Below are positions 51,573-60,242 of a stretch of 64,000 nt of DNA, piece after piece. The stretch is from IMG/VR virus record IMGVR_UViG_3300023179_000074, positions 1-64,000 of that record. One strand, 5' to 3'. Position 1 is the first letter of the stretch, and the number at the start of each line of letters is the position of its first letter. The notes under the pieces were generated by a model. That model was not told where the DNA came from. It made no database searches and was given only the letters and a program-made list of their open reading frames with translations. The stretch comes from a virus. The position numbers and the translations under genes are program-made.

Positions 51573-51830
51573 CTACTTATTTTTATTGTACTGTTTAATG
51601 CAAACTTTGTATACATAAGAAGGTATTTTTTGTACAATCTCTATAATTTTATTATCTAGACCAAAGTCAAATTTTTCTTGAGGCACATCTCTTACTTTCA
51701 TATCAGGTAAAGACAAAAAAGAATAATTTTCTTTATTTTTTTCAATAAAAACAAAAAGCTCTCCTAAAAATTTACCACCGGTGATCGCGTATAAATATTT
51801 TTTCTTAGGATGTTTAAGATTAAAAATCAT
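51573..51830 (-). CDS. Hypothetical protein
   Basis: ATGA-coupled to upstream gene. Confidence 0.6.
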   Translation of the reverse strand: MIFNLKHPKKKYLYAITGGKFLGELFVFIEKNKENYSFLSLPDMKVRDVPQEKFDFGLDNKIIEIVQKIPSYVYKVCIKQYNKNK

Positions 51831-52702
51831 AACGCTTCAATACATTTTAAAAGCGACTCTTCAACAGGTGGAAGCAATAATCCTAATGAATCAATTTTAT
51901 TTGTAGAGAGTATACAATTGCTTCTTTTAGCTTTTAGCTTAAGACTATCTATTTCAACAAACTCCCAGTTAGGGTTAATATGATTGTTTTTAGATAAGTT
52001 TTCTACAATAAATTTTGCATTTGATATACCTGGATTGACAACATTGTATATACCGGGCAATGTTTTATAAAAATCATTTTTTATAAATTGATCAACAAAC
52101 AAAATAAAATCTTCTAAACATGTATAGCTATTATTAAAATTTACTAATTTAGGATATTTTAAAATTTTATTTAAAATATTTTTAGATGTATTAAATGAAC
52201 AAAAGGGCATTCTCACTCTTAATATAGAACTCTTAGACGTGGTAAGAAGTAATTCAGACAAGTGTTTAGTTTTAGAATAAAAACTACTTTGTTCATTAAA
52301 AAACCCAAAATTAGGAATATCTTCTTCTGTATACTCTTTTTCATAGCCCGAATATATACAGCCGCTACTAACATTTATAAGCCATGCGTTGTTTTGATTA
52401 CAAAATGTATTGAGAATAACGGGTAGCTTTGTATTGTAAAGAAAGCAATTTTCCTTGTCCTCTTCGCAAGCATCGACATTAGGAATCCCTGTATACCCTG
52501 AGCAATTTATAATAATGACATCATCTAATAAATTACCATTAAAATCAGTAAAATAGCTTCTGATAAATTTCTTTAATTGTATAGGTGAAAAATAATCTAG
52601 TTCTTTTCTCGAAACAATAACAGACTTATAATTACTTTGAGCTAGCTTTTTATGAAGAGGTATACCTATAAATCCTTTACCCAGTAATAAGATATTTTTC
52701 AC
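51827..52702 (-). CDS. NDP-4-keto-6-deoxyglucose 3,5-epimerase/4-reductase (NRS/ER, RmlD-like)
   Basis: GKGFIG, NCSGYTG.PNVDACE, SSGCIY, PNF...SFYSKTK, LRVRMP. Confidence 0.8.
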   Translation of the reverse strand: MKNILLLGKGFIGIPLHKKLAQSNYKSVIVSRKELDYFSPIQLKKFIRSYFTDFNGNLLDDVIIINCSGYTGIPNVDACEEDKENCFLYNTKLPVILNTFCNQNNAWLINVSSGCIYSGYEKEYTEEDIPNFGFFNEQSSFYSKTKHLSELLLTTSKSSILRVRMPFCSFNTSKNILNKILKYPKLVNFNNSYTCLEDFILFVDQFIKNDFYKTLPGIYNVVNPGISNAKFIVENLSKNNHINPNWEFVEIDSLKLKAKRSNCILSTNKIDSLGLLLPPVEESLLKCIEAL

Positions 52703-52711
52703 AAAAAAAAA

Positions 52712-53041
52712 TTAGTCGTCTAAACTATTATTATTAGCGTGAAATACAAATTTGTTTAATAATGCTCCTAGAGAATCAGCTTCTTGTTGATTATGAGCAG
52801 ATATTAATGTGATTGGCTTGCCATCAAAATTGTAACCGATTAAAATAAAACAGTTTAAAAATTCTAATATTTGAGCTGTAAGAACATCAAGATCTTTTTT
52901 ATGATTAGCCTGATCTGATATTTGTTCCTTTAAAAAAGAAACTAAAGCTTTATGAGTTAAATCTTTAACATCCTTATTTGCATTAGGATCAAATGGGACG
53001 TTTTTATTGTTTTTGTTCGATGAATTTTTGTCTTTCATCAT
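52712..53041 (-). CDS. Hypothetical protein
   Basis: ORF in replication operon. Confidence 0.6.
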   Translation of the reverse strand: MMKDKNSSNKNNKNVPFDPNANKDVKDLTHKALVSFLKEQISDQANHKKDLDVLTAQILEFLNCFILIGYNFDGKPITLISAHNQQEADSLGALLNKFVFHANNNSLDD

Positions 53042-53396
53042 AATTATTTAGTCTCTCCTTTAAGTATCTATCGCGACCGGGGTAATCAGAATTATTAGAA
53101 ACCCCGTGTCTAATAAGAAAATCAATAATTACTTCAATACTGTCAGTTTTAATAAAGAAATTTGTTGCTATCTTTCTTCCCCCATCATTAAATTCAAACA
53201 ACACTTCATCTAAATCGTTTTTATTTGCATAACATGTGACAAAAACTGAAGCTTCGCTTGGATTTACTAAAACAGTCCATCTTCTTGGATCGGTTTTCGA
53301 AAAAATAGAAAACATTTTAATAACTACAAAACCGTTATCGCGAAGCCTTTTAATAAAATATCCAGGGGTTTTTAATTTGTTTTTTACAATTTTCAT
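53004..53396 (-). CDS. Hypothetical protein
   Basis: TAATG-coupled to the clamp gene. Confidence 0.6.
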   Translation of the reverse strand: MKIVKNKLKTPGYFIKRLRDNGFVVIKMFSIFSKTDPRRWTVLVNPSEASVFVTCYANKNDLDEVLFEFNDGGRKIATNFFIKTDSIEVIIDFLIRHGVSNNSDYPGRDRYLKERLNNYDERQKFIEQKQ

Positions 53397-54127
53397 TAAT
53401 TTGATAATGCAGATATAAGAAATTTAAATTTAGAATTATCTAAGTTTAAATCAAACGTAAGCACCCCCATCTTAGTAATAAGATTAGCTGATATATCCTT
53501 AAACCTCATAGAAGAAATTATTCTAAATATCTCAAAATTCAAGGGTATAGGTAATGCGACCTGTGTTCCGGTATAATTTTCTGAAATTTGAATCCCATAA
53601 GAATCAACATTACTTCTAGTTTTATCGGTTAATTCACCGAATACTGTGCTATCTTTAACAGAGATGTACAGCTTATTTGAGTCTGTACTGATTGTACTGC
53701 CTTTTATTAAATTAATAACAGCGGAATGAGATAATGTAAATTGACCATCAAAAACGAGGGAATTTAATTTATCAAGATTTACTTTTGGTGTGTTTATAAT
53801 ATTATCGTCATATAAATGATATTTAAATCTTAAGGAGGAAGAATTAAAATTAATATTATTAGACGAAATATCTAAGGAAAGATCACTATGTTCAACACAT
53901 TGTAAGACGCGGTTAAGTTTTTTAAGATCTGGAATATTTAAAATTTTTTCAACATCTATATTTTCATCAGAATAATTAGCACTTATAATAATTGTATTAT
54001 CTGAAGTAGAAACTAAACAACTTATACTTCCTTTAGTAAGTTTTAATACAGCGCTATCTGTAACTTTACTTAGAGGGCCGATAAAATTATTTAAAAATTT
54101 ATCTTTATCGGTAATGCGCAGTATCAT
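53396..54127 (-). CDS. gp45: Sliding clamp (gp45/PCNA-like)
   Basis: 243 aa with alpha/beta clamp-like pattern (LNIPDLKKL..VL, final LISAL strand); near gp32; clamp loader present. Confidence 0.6.
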   Translation of the reverse strand: MILRITDKDKFLNNFIGPLSKVTDSAVLKLTKGSISCLVSTSDNTIIISANYSDENIDVEKILNIPDLKKLNRVLQCVEHSDLSLDISSNNINFNSSSLRFKYHLYDDNIINTPKVNLDKLNSLVFDGQFTLSHSAVINLIKGSTISTDSNKLYISVKDSTVFGELTDKTRSNVDSYGIQISENYTGTQVALPIPLNFEIFRIISSMRFKDISANLITKMGVLTFDLNLDNSKFKFLISALSN

Positions 54128-54157
54128 TTCATTATAATAATATGAAATAATTAATAA

Positions 54158-54559
54158 TCAATTGTTTTTTAAAGATTCAATAATTTTATTTAATTTTGAA
54201 TCTATAGAATCTAATCTATTAAAAATAGTATCTAAATCGGTTTGCTTAAAATTAAATTCAAGCTGATCAGGATTATAATTATTTGTTTCTTGAGATACTA
54301 TCTGTGGGGGAGAGGATTGTACGGCAATAGGCGGGCTATGATGTATGTTTATACCTGCGTTTACTGTATTGGCATTACTTCTACTTGGCGAAATCGTATT
54401 AATGACTCTTACAGGATCTAAAGTCATACCTTGAAGAGTTTGGTTTTGACTGATGATGTTTTTATTAAGTTCTTTTAAATCGCCAGTCAAATGTTGACCC
54501 ATAAACTGCAAAGCAAAAAGCTTTGCCTCTTCAGGTGAGACGTCCCTAAAAGTATCCAT
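54158..54559 (-). CDS. Hypothetical protein
   Basis: ORF between gp32 and clamp; QLEFNF near C-terminus. Confidence 0.6.
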   Translation of the reverse strand: MDTFRDVSPEEAKLFALQFMGQHLTGDLKELNKNIISQNQTLQGMTLDPVRVINTISPSRSNANTVNAGINIHHSPPIAVQSSPPQIVSQETNNYNPDQLEFNFKQTDLDTIFNRLDSIDSKLNKIIESLKNN

Positions 54560-54561
54560 TA

Positions 54562-55404
54562 TTACAGATCTTTTAACAATTCATCTATACTCTCATCTTC
54601 AGTAGATGGTTTAGATGTCTTGTTTGCCTTAACCTCAACAACAGGTACAGGAGCGGATGTCTTAGCGGGAATTTCCTCAATATCATCTGCATCCTTAGTA
54701 CCGTGATAATGTGTGTCAAGCAAATCCTTTAATTCCTCATATCCTTTTACAGTAATGTAAGACTCGAGATCAAAAATACTGGAGTAAAGCTTCTTAATAC
54801 TATCTGCATCCAGATTTTCAATTTCTTTAGGAGTAGTAAATTTTGAAGAGACGTAGGTTGGATAATCGCCTTGCTTTTCTACCTTAATCTTTAAGCTACA
54901 GCCTTTAGGAGATAAATCAAAAATTCTCGGACCAAGCTCAGAAGCTTCCTCGCCTTCAATAGCATCCATAATAATCTTATGGAGCTGCCTTCCGAATCTT
55001 AGAATTTTAATCTTATTATTGTTATCAGAATTAACTGGGTCATTAACTACATAGACATTTACCAGCCAATTTTCCCTACGAATAATTGCAGAGGCTTTTT
55101 TCTTTTCCTCTTCAGTACCGTTACGCAAAATACGATAACGTTCCTCAGCAATAGGGTCCCTCTGATTCCACGTAGTAGGGCTAACGGCCGTAATTAACTT
55201 ACCAGTAGTAAAACTATTCCAACCATAATTATAATAATGGAAAAACGTCTTAGAGGGATCCTTAATATTGGGCAACAAACGAACTGTATAGGTATTGCCG
55301 GGTTCAGTCCTAATATAATCTTTTAGCTTAGACGGGCCGGATTCGTTTTCCTTAGTCAAAGCGCTCTTAATACTCTCAAACATCGATGTGGTAAATGTAC
55401 TCAT
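54562..55404 (-). CDS. gp32: Single-stranded DNA-binding protein gp32-like
   Basis: VRLLP, NVYVVNDP...KILRFG, IFD...G..LKIKV...YP.Y..SKF, acidic tail DELLKDL. Confidence 0.9.
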   Translation of the reverse strand: MSTFTTSMFESIKSALTKENESGPSKLKDYIRTEPGNTYTVRLLPNIKDPSKTFFHYYNYGWNSFTTGKLITAVSPTTWNQRDPIAEERYRILRNGTEEEKKKASAIIRRENWLVNVYVVNDPVNSDNNNKIKILRFGRQLHKIIMDAIEGEEASELGPRIFDLSPKGCSLKIKVEKQGDYPTYVSSKFTTPKEIENLDADSIKKLYSSIFDLESYITVKGYEELKDLLDTHYHGTKDADDIEEIPAKTSAPVPVVEVKANKTSKPSTEDESIDELLKDL

Positions 55405-55438
55405 ATTTTTATTATACTTGAAAATATCTAACGTTCAA
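55405..55438 (-). promoter_or_regulatory. Sigma70-type promoter, leaderless, before gp32
   Basis: TTGAAC-N16-TATAAT-N6-ATG. Confidence 0.8.
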
Positions 55439-56099
55439 CTATTTTTTTAGATATTTTTTGCAACCCTAATGTAACGAGGTTTAATGCTCGTTTAGAATTT
55501 AAAAACTTTGTCTTAAAGACAAAAAAATTATTATAAAAATCTTCTCCTATAATAAATTTTAAGACTTCCGAATCTTTAGATTTTATGATAGAATCTATTC
55601 CGCTAAATCCAAATAAAATATAAACAGAAATTTTTCTATCTCTTAAATGTAAAATAAAAGAATATTCATTATTTGTCCTGTGGTTTAAATATTGATTAAT
55701 CTGTATATTATATTTTTTGCAAAAGTTATATATAAAAACGATTGACTCTTTTATAAACTTTATTTGTTCGGGGTTATCAGGGTCTGTCATAGCTAATTGC
55801 TTTTGAGTCAAGGTATAAGCTTTAGTTGCTTTTAAAGAAGTATAAAATTCGAGAGGAAAAAATGTCTCGTCTTTGTATAATCGGTAGGGAGCAGAAAAAA
55901 AATCTTCTATTTTTATATTAGGAAATCTTTTAAAAAAAGAAGATAAGCGCTTAAGAGAAACAAAAATATTTTCATCTAGCTTAGTGAAATCTTTTCTTAA
56001 TTTAAAAGGTGTATTTTTTGCGCTTCTAGTTACTTTTAAAAACGAATTATAAATGTGTTTGTCAAATTCAGTTATCACTACTTTTAATAAAACTTCCAT
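55428..56099 (-). CDS. Hypothetical replication protein (position like gp59 helicase loader)
   Basis: Directly upstream of gp32; true start likely GTG 56078. Confidence 0.5.
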   Translation of the reverse strand: MEVLLKVVITEFDKHIYNSFLKVTRSAKNTPFKLRKDFTKLDENIFVSLKRLSSFFKRFPNIKIEDFFSAPYRLYKDETFFPLEFYTSLKATKAYTLTQKQLAMTDPDNPEQIKFIKESIVFIYNFCKKYNIQINQYLNHRTNNEYSFILHLRDRKISVYILFGFSGIDSIIKSKDSEVLKFIIGEDFYNNFFVFKTKFLNSKRALNLVTLGLQKISKKIVER

Positions 56100-56296
56100 T
56101 TATTTCTAGTTACTTCTTTTTTAAATTTTTTAAACGCGCTAGGCTTTAAATACCGTCTCTTAAGTCTAACTTCATCTAAAATACCAGATTTAAGAACTTC
56201 AGAGCTAAATTTTCTGTAAGCCTTATCAAAATAAGTCTTATCAGTACTTTTCTTTTTGTCAAGATTAACCACGACATTAGTTGTATAATTTCTCAA
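56084..56296 (-). CDS. rpsU: Ribosomal protein bS21 homologue
   Basis: 70 aa basic; FDKAYRKF...KSGIL.EVR..R.Y.KPS matches the bS21 consensus. Confidence 0.85.
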   Translation of the reverse strand: MRNYTTNVVVNLDKKKSTDKTYFDKAYRKFSSEVLKSGILDEVRLKRRYLKPSAFKKFKKEVTRNKWKFY

Positions 56297-56577
56297 AATA
56301 ATTTTCCTTTCTTACTGTTTAAAAATTTCATTATATACTTACTTTTATAAAGGCTAGAGTCAAACTGAAGAAAAAATTTTATTGCAGAGTAATCATTTTT
56401 AAAATCACAGTAGTTTTTAAAAAGATCTCTAACATTATTGTCTTTAAGCAAGCAAATAAAAACATTTGCTAAGTTAAGCTTTTTTGTATTGTTTAATGAG
56501 ACGAATGAACAAAAGGAAAGAAATAAGTGTGTTTGTTCAAAGCTTGTAATATGCTCGGCTGGGTCAAAACCTCTCAC
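56293..56577 (-). CDS. Hypothetical protein
   Basis: First gene of the bS21 unit; promoter-like TTGATT-N16-TAATTA upstream. Confidence 0.6.
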   Translation of the reverse strand: MRGFDPAEHITSFEQTHLFLSFCSFVSLNNTKKLNLANVFICLLKDNNVRDLFKNYCDFKNDYSAIKFFLQFDSSLYKSKYIMKFLNSKKGKLF

Positions 56578-56631
56578 TAAATCTAATTATTAAATAATTT
56601 ATATAAATCAATCAGATTAAAGTTTTTAATA

Positions 56632-57954
56632 CTAGATTGATAGCTTAGTTAGAGTATTTACTGTGCTAGCGCTTCCCTCTGTATCGTTAGTATGCTCATC
56701 TTCGTAAATTGTTAATGTAGAGTAATCTATTCTCATAGAACAATATCCATAATTAGGACCAAATCTATTCTTCATCATCCCCATCTTAATAACTCCAAGT
56801 TCTTTATCTGTATCTTCTTGCCATATGCTTAAAATAACGTCACCTGTCATAGCAAGTCCCATACTTTCAGAAATAGTCTTAAGACCTGGATCAGTGATGT
56901 CGTAGCCTTCTCTATTTAATTGCGTAGCAGATATAACCGGGCAATTAAAAAAATAAGAAAGAGCTCGTAATTGTTCTGTACAGTTTTTAATTCTTTCGTA
57001 ACTCGTGTCACCGATAGAGGAATAAAGAAGATTTACATAATCTAATACGATTGCATCGATTTTAATACCTTTCTGAGTAAGTTTTTTAATAAACGCCTTA
57101 AGATTATTAACACTTATAGAAGCGGGAGGAAACTCTTTAATAATAATTTTAGAATTTGGATTTTCGACGCAATATTCAGTAATCTGAGTCTTAAGAGTGT
57201 CCGATTCAATCTTTAATTGAGAAAGTGGAATCTTAGATACAGTAGAGCAAAGTCTTTTTGCATAGACTATCTCAGGCATTTCTAATGTTACTAGCAAAAC
57301 TGTTTTACCTTGATCTGCAATATTAATAGCGACGTTTCCTAGGAAAATACTTTTTCCAATGTTGGTTTCACCGGCAAACAAATAAAGCGCTCTACCACTT
57401 TCCATAAAGCCGCCACCTATTTTATCATCCAACCACTTCCACTTCGAAGAAATATATTTCTCAGTAGAGTTTAAATCTGAAATAACTTTATCTACATCGG
57501 TGTACAAATCTAATCCAGTATTCGTTACTAACGATATACCGCAAGCTTTTTCAAATTTATCAAGAATTTTTGCTGTATCTAGCGTCTCTTTATTTAAATC
57601 CTCCACCACATCCATCATAGTATGATATACGGCTTTTTCTTTTAAAAAGATTTCCGTGTTTGTTTGAAGTTCGTCGTTATTTAAGTTTTTATCAATGCCA
57701 TTAAACATATTAACAACAGTCTTTAAAGAATTTTTTAATTCATCTGTAGTTAAATATGTTTTAATTTCAGTTATTGTTGGTTTTGTCCCTCTTTTTTCGT
57801 AAAAATCTCTTATAATAGCAAAAAGACTTTTTATATCTTTGTTTTTGAAGTAAACTGGCTTTATATAGTCAACGATAGAACCGAGATAAGTATCATCAGT
57901 AAGGCTTTTATATGCAATTATAATTTCAAAATAATCTAAATCTAACTTCTGCAT
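56632..57954 (-). CDS. gp41: Replicative DnaB-like helicase (gp41)
   Basis: GETNIGKS, VTLEM, IKEFP, LDYVNL, SATQLNR, SESMGL, KNRFG. Confidence 0.95.
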   Translation of the reverse strand: MQKLDLDYFEIIIAYKSLTDDTYLGSIVDYIKPVYFKNKDIKSLFAIIRDFYEKRGTKPTITEIKTYLTTDELKNSLKTVVNMFNGIDKNLNNDELQTNTEIFLKEKAVYHTMMDVVEDLNKETLDTAKILDKFEKACGISLVTNTGLDLYTDVDKVISDLNSTEKYISSKWKWLDDKIGGGFMESGRALYLFAGETNIGKSIFLGNVAINIADQGKTVLLVTLEMPEIVYAKRLCSTVSKIPLSQLKIESDTLKTQITEYCVENPNSKIIIKEFPPASISVNNLKAFIKKLTQKGIKIDAIVLDYVNLLYSSIGDTSYERIKNCTEQLRALSYFFNCPVISATQLNREGYDITDPGLKTISESMGLAMTGDVILSIWQEDTDKELGVIKMGMMKNRFGPNYGYCSMRIDYSTLTIYEDEHTNDTEGSASTVNTLTKLSI

Positions 57955-57966
57955 TTTGTAATTATA

Positions 57967-58632
57967 CTATAAGTTAGAGTAATTTCTAATAAATTTTTCT
58001 TGGCTTTGTAAAAAAGTCTTGTCATTTAAATTTAAGAGACCTGGTGATTTATGAATTACATGTATAGGATACACTCCAAGCTTTAACTTTTTAAAATTAG
58101 CATCAATAGAGCTAGCAATATCATAATGATGAAAAGTGTAGTCCTCGTTGAACTCCCAACCGCTATTAACAATAGCTTTTGTTGAAACGCTTAAAAATAA
58201 TCCGTCTAAAATAGTTACACGGCTAGGCGTAAGCCCAAAATTTGTAACAAAATATTGTTCGGTGTTTGCATAGTGTGCAACAAACCCCCTTAAGTTAGGA
58301 CCGAACCCACCGCACATTAAATGCCATAATGCTGGTTCTTTAACAACAGGGTTAATACCACCTGCAAGACCAACAATATCATATAACCTATGGGCGGTAA
58401 CTAACTTTTCACAAATATTATAATCATCTACAAATACATCATCATGTAAAAAAATAATATAATCAAAATTATTAGAATTTTTATTTAAAAATTCATTGTA
58501 TTTTTTACTAAGACCCTCTTTATTATTGCAAGAATAAAAAATTTTACCCGGGCTTATCTTACTTAAAGATTTAAATGCAAGAGTATTGTCTGGCTTATTT
58601 TCTTTAGTACAAAAGTAAAAAGCAAATTTCAT
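57967..58632 (-). CDS. GT-A glycosyltransferase (Glyco_tranf_2_5-like)
   Basis: YN..L, IIFLHDDV, IVGLAG, LDGLF, FHHYD, VIH.S.G. Confidence 0.8.
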   Translation of the reverse strand: MKFAFYFCTKENKPDNTLAFKSLSKISPGKIFYSCNNKEGLSKKYNEFLNKNSNNFDYIIFLHDDVFVDDYNICEKLVTAHRLYDIVGLAGGINPVVKEPALWHLMCGGFGPNLRGFVAHYANTEQYFVTNFGLTPSRVTILDGLFLSVSTKAIVNSGWEFNEDYTFHHYDIASSIDANFKKLKLGVYPIHVIHKSPGLLNLNDKTFLQSQEKFIRNYSNL

Positions 58633-59309
58633 TAAAAAAACGGTGAGTTGGTTTTAAACTTACCTACAGATGTAATGCCTTCAGGCGTTAAGTAATACAG
58701 AAGTCCTTCCTCTAAAGGAACAAAATCCTGTTCTTTTAGTGAAGAAAATTCATTGTTTAGGAAATCTGCATAAATTGTACTTCCACTTCTTGCAATATAT
58801 ACATGTGCATTTTTTTGATTATAAATCCATAGCCCAAATGTACCTTCAAGTAAAGATAGCGCTTTACATATACCGAGTATTTCATCACCGTGTTCTTTAA
58901 CGGAATTAAAAATTAGTGGTGGTATCACAGATGAATCTACAGTATTAAATGACTTTTTATCTGTTATTGTTTTCTTTAAAATTTTATCATTTGTAAGTAC
59001 CCCGTTGTGTGCTATAATCCAATTTTTATATTGAAATGGATGTGTTGTGTTAGGGGAAAACTCTCTTTTTGATGACGTTGGGGCTTGTGTATGGCCTAAA
59101 AAATAATTAAAATCTGTAATACTTTTTTTACTTTTTCCATATTCTATAATAAGTTTTTTGGAGAGCTTTACTACATTTGGGCTTTTTAAAATAGCATGTA
59201 CTTTGGTGTTAATTAGTAATCCCCCGTAAGAAAACGTACCTCTTTTCTTATTACTATCATAAAGCTTTACGTATCTTGTAAAGTCTTTAGCGCCAAATAT
59301 TCCGCAAAT
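58632..59309 (-). CDS. Class II (Ntn) glutamine amidotransferase, ATT start, ~225 aa
   Basis: Hand translation upstream of the 98-aa ORF gives (M)CGIFG...N.KRG.FSYG...LGHTQAPT...HPF...AHNGVLTN...VDSSVI with no stop; AAGGAGG 8 nt before ATT. Confidence 0.9.
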   Translation of the reverse strand: MCGIFGAKDFTRYVKLYDSNKKRGTFSYGGLLINTKVHAILKSPNVVKLSKKLIIEYGKSKKSITDFNYFLGHTQAPTSSKREFSPNTTHPFQYKNWIIAHNGVLTNDKILKKTITDKKSFNTVDSSVIPPLIFNSVKEHGDEILGICKALSLLEGTFGLWIYNQKNAHVYIARSGSTIYADFLNNEFSSLKEQDFVPLEEGLLYYLTPEGITSVGKFKTNSPFF

Positions 59310-59357
59310 ATTATAAACCTCCTTAATTATTATATTACAAAGAATAAATAATTCAAG
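59310..59357. promoter_or_regulatory. Overlapping divergent promoters plus Shine-Dalgarno
   Basis: Minus strand: TTGAAT(59356-51)-N16-TATAAT(59334-29) and AAGGAGG (59324-18). Plus strand: TAAATA 59345-50, inside that spacer. Confidence 0.75.
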
Positions 59358-60242
59358 ATGAATAAGGATACAAAGCTTATATTCGAGGCTTATTTAAATA
59401 AAAAAATTGTCACGGAAGCTCCTATCTATGCTGATGATTTAGGGTTAACAGGAGATATTGAGAAGTCCCCAGGTAAGGGCTATGGAATTGGCAAAGTAGC
59501 TGCTAAAACAGGCAAGTCGATGACAGAAGTCGCTAATAATTTATTAAAAGTAATACAAACTAAACTTTTTAAGCCTGAACCGCATACTGTAGATGGAAAA
59601 GAGTATTCTTTATATTACCCTGGGTCAAAATTAAAGTTTAGAGCAGAATTAGAAAATTTAATTAAGAATGAGCTTAAATTAGGTACTACAGAGGCAAGAT
59701 ATACGGCTAGAGTTGTTGATAATTTATTGAACGTAACGCGTGTAGATGCAGATGGCGGTACAGCCGCGACACCCGTTGATGTTAAAAAAGCTGTGGTTGC
59801 GGGGGTACAAGGTAAAGCTATTACTCCGGGTTCAGAAGCCCCGGTAGCAGCGCCCGCTAATAATGTATTTGTAAAAAATCCTAACGTTAGGTTTATTAAG
59901 GAATGGATGCCTATTTTTGTTGAGCTTCCTGATGAAATAACGTATACGGGTTCTGATTTTTACGATTCTAAAGAATTGCGTAATGAGGTTGTAGAAGCTA
60001 TAACTCGTGCATTTGATGAGAATGCGGCTAAAGACAAAGAAATGATTCAGGATTTTATTGATTCATTGAAATTTAAAAATAGCTACACACCGGCTAGTGA
60101 GAAAAAAGAAGGTGAAGGTACTGGTGAAGAACCTACGATTGAAGAATACCCAGAAGAAGATGAGCCTACATCAATAGCTCGTGAATTAGGATATAAGGGG
60201 GGAAGAAGTTTTGACGAATTTGATAAATACAGTACTATTTAA
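59358..60242 (+). CDS. Hypothetical late protein (possible internal head protein)
   Basis: TAAATA-N7-ATG; N-terminus MNKDTKLIFEAY; acidic C-terminus. Confidence 0.65.
   Translation: MNKDTKLIFEAYLNKKIVTEAPIYADDLGLTGDIEKSPGKGYGIGKVAAKTGKSMTEVANNLLKVIQTKLFKPEPHTVDGKEYSLYYPGSKLKFRAELENLIKNELKLGTTEARYTARVVDNLLNVTRVDADGGTAATPVDVKKAVVAGVQGKAITPGSEAPVAAPANNVFVKNPNVRFIKEWMPIFVELPDEITYTGSDFYDSKELRNEVVEAITRAFDENAAKDKEMIQDFIDSLKFKNSYTPASEKKEGEGTGEEPTIEEYPEEDEPTSIARELGYKGGRSFDEFDKYSTI

Noticed and set aside
19609-58928. ORF-track starts at 19662, 28583, 30682, 44363 and 58928
   Set aside because: Promoter geometry, gene overlap or catalytic motifs favour 19608, 28565, 30649, 44336 and 59309
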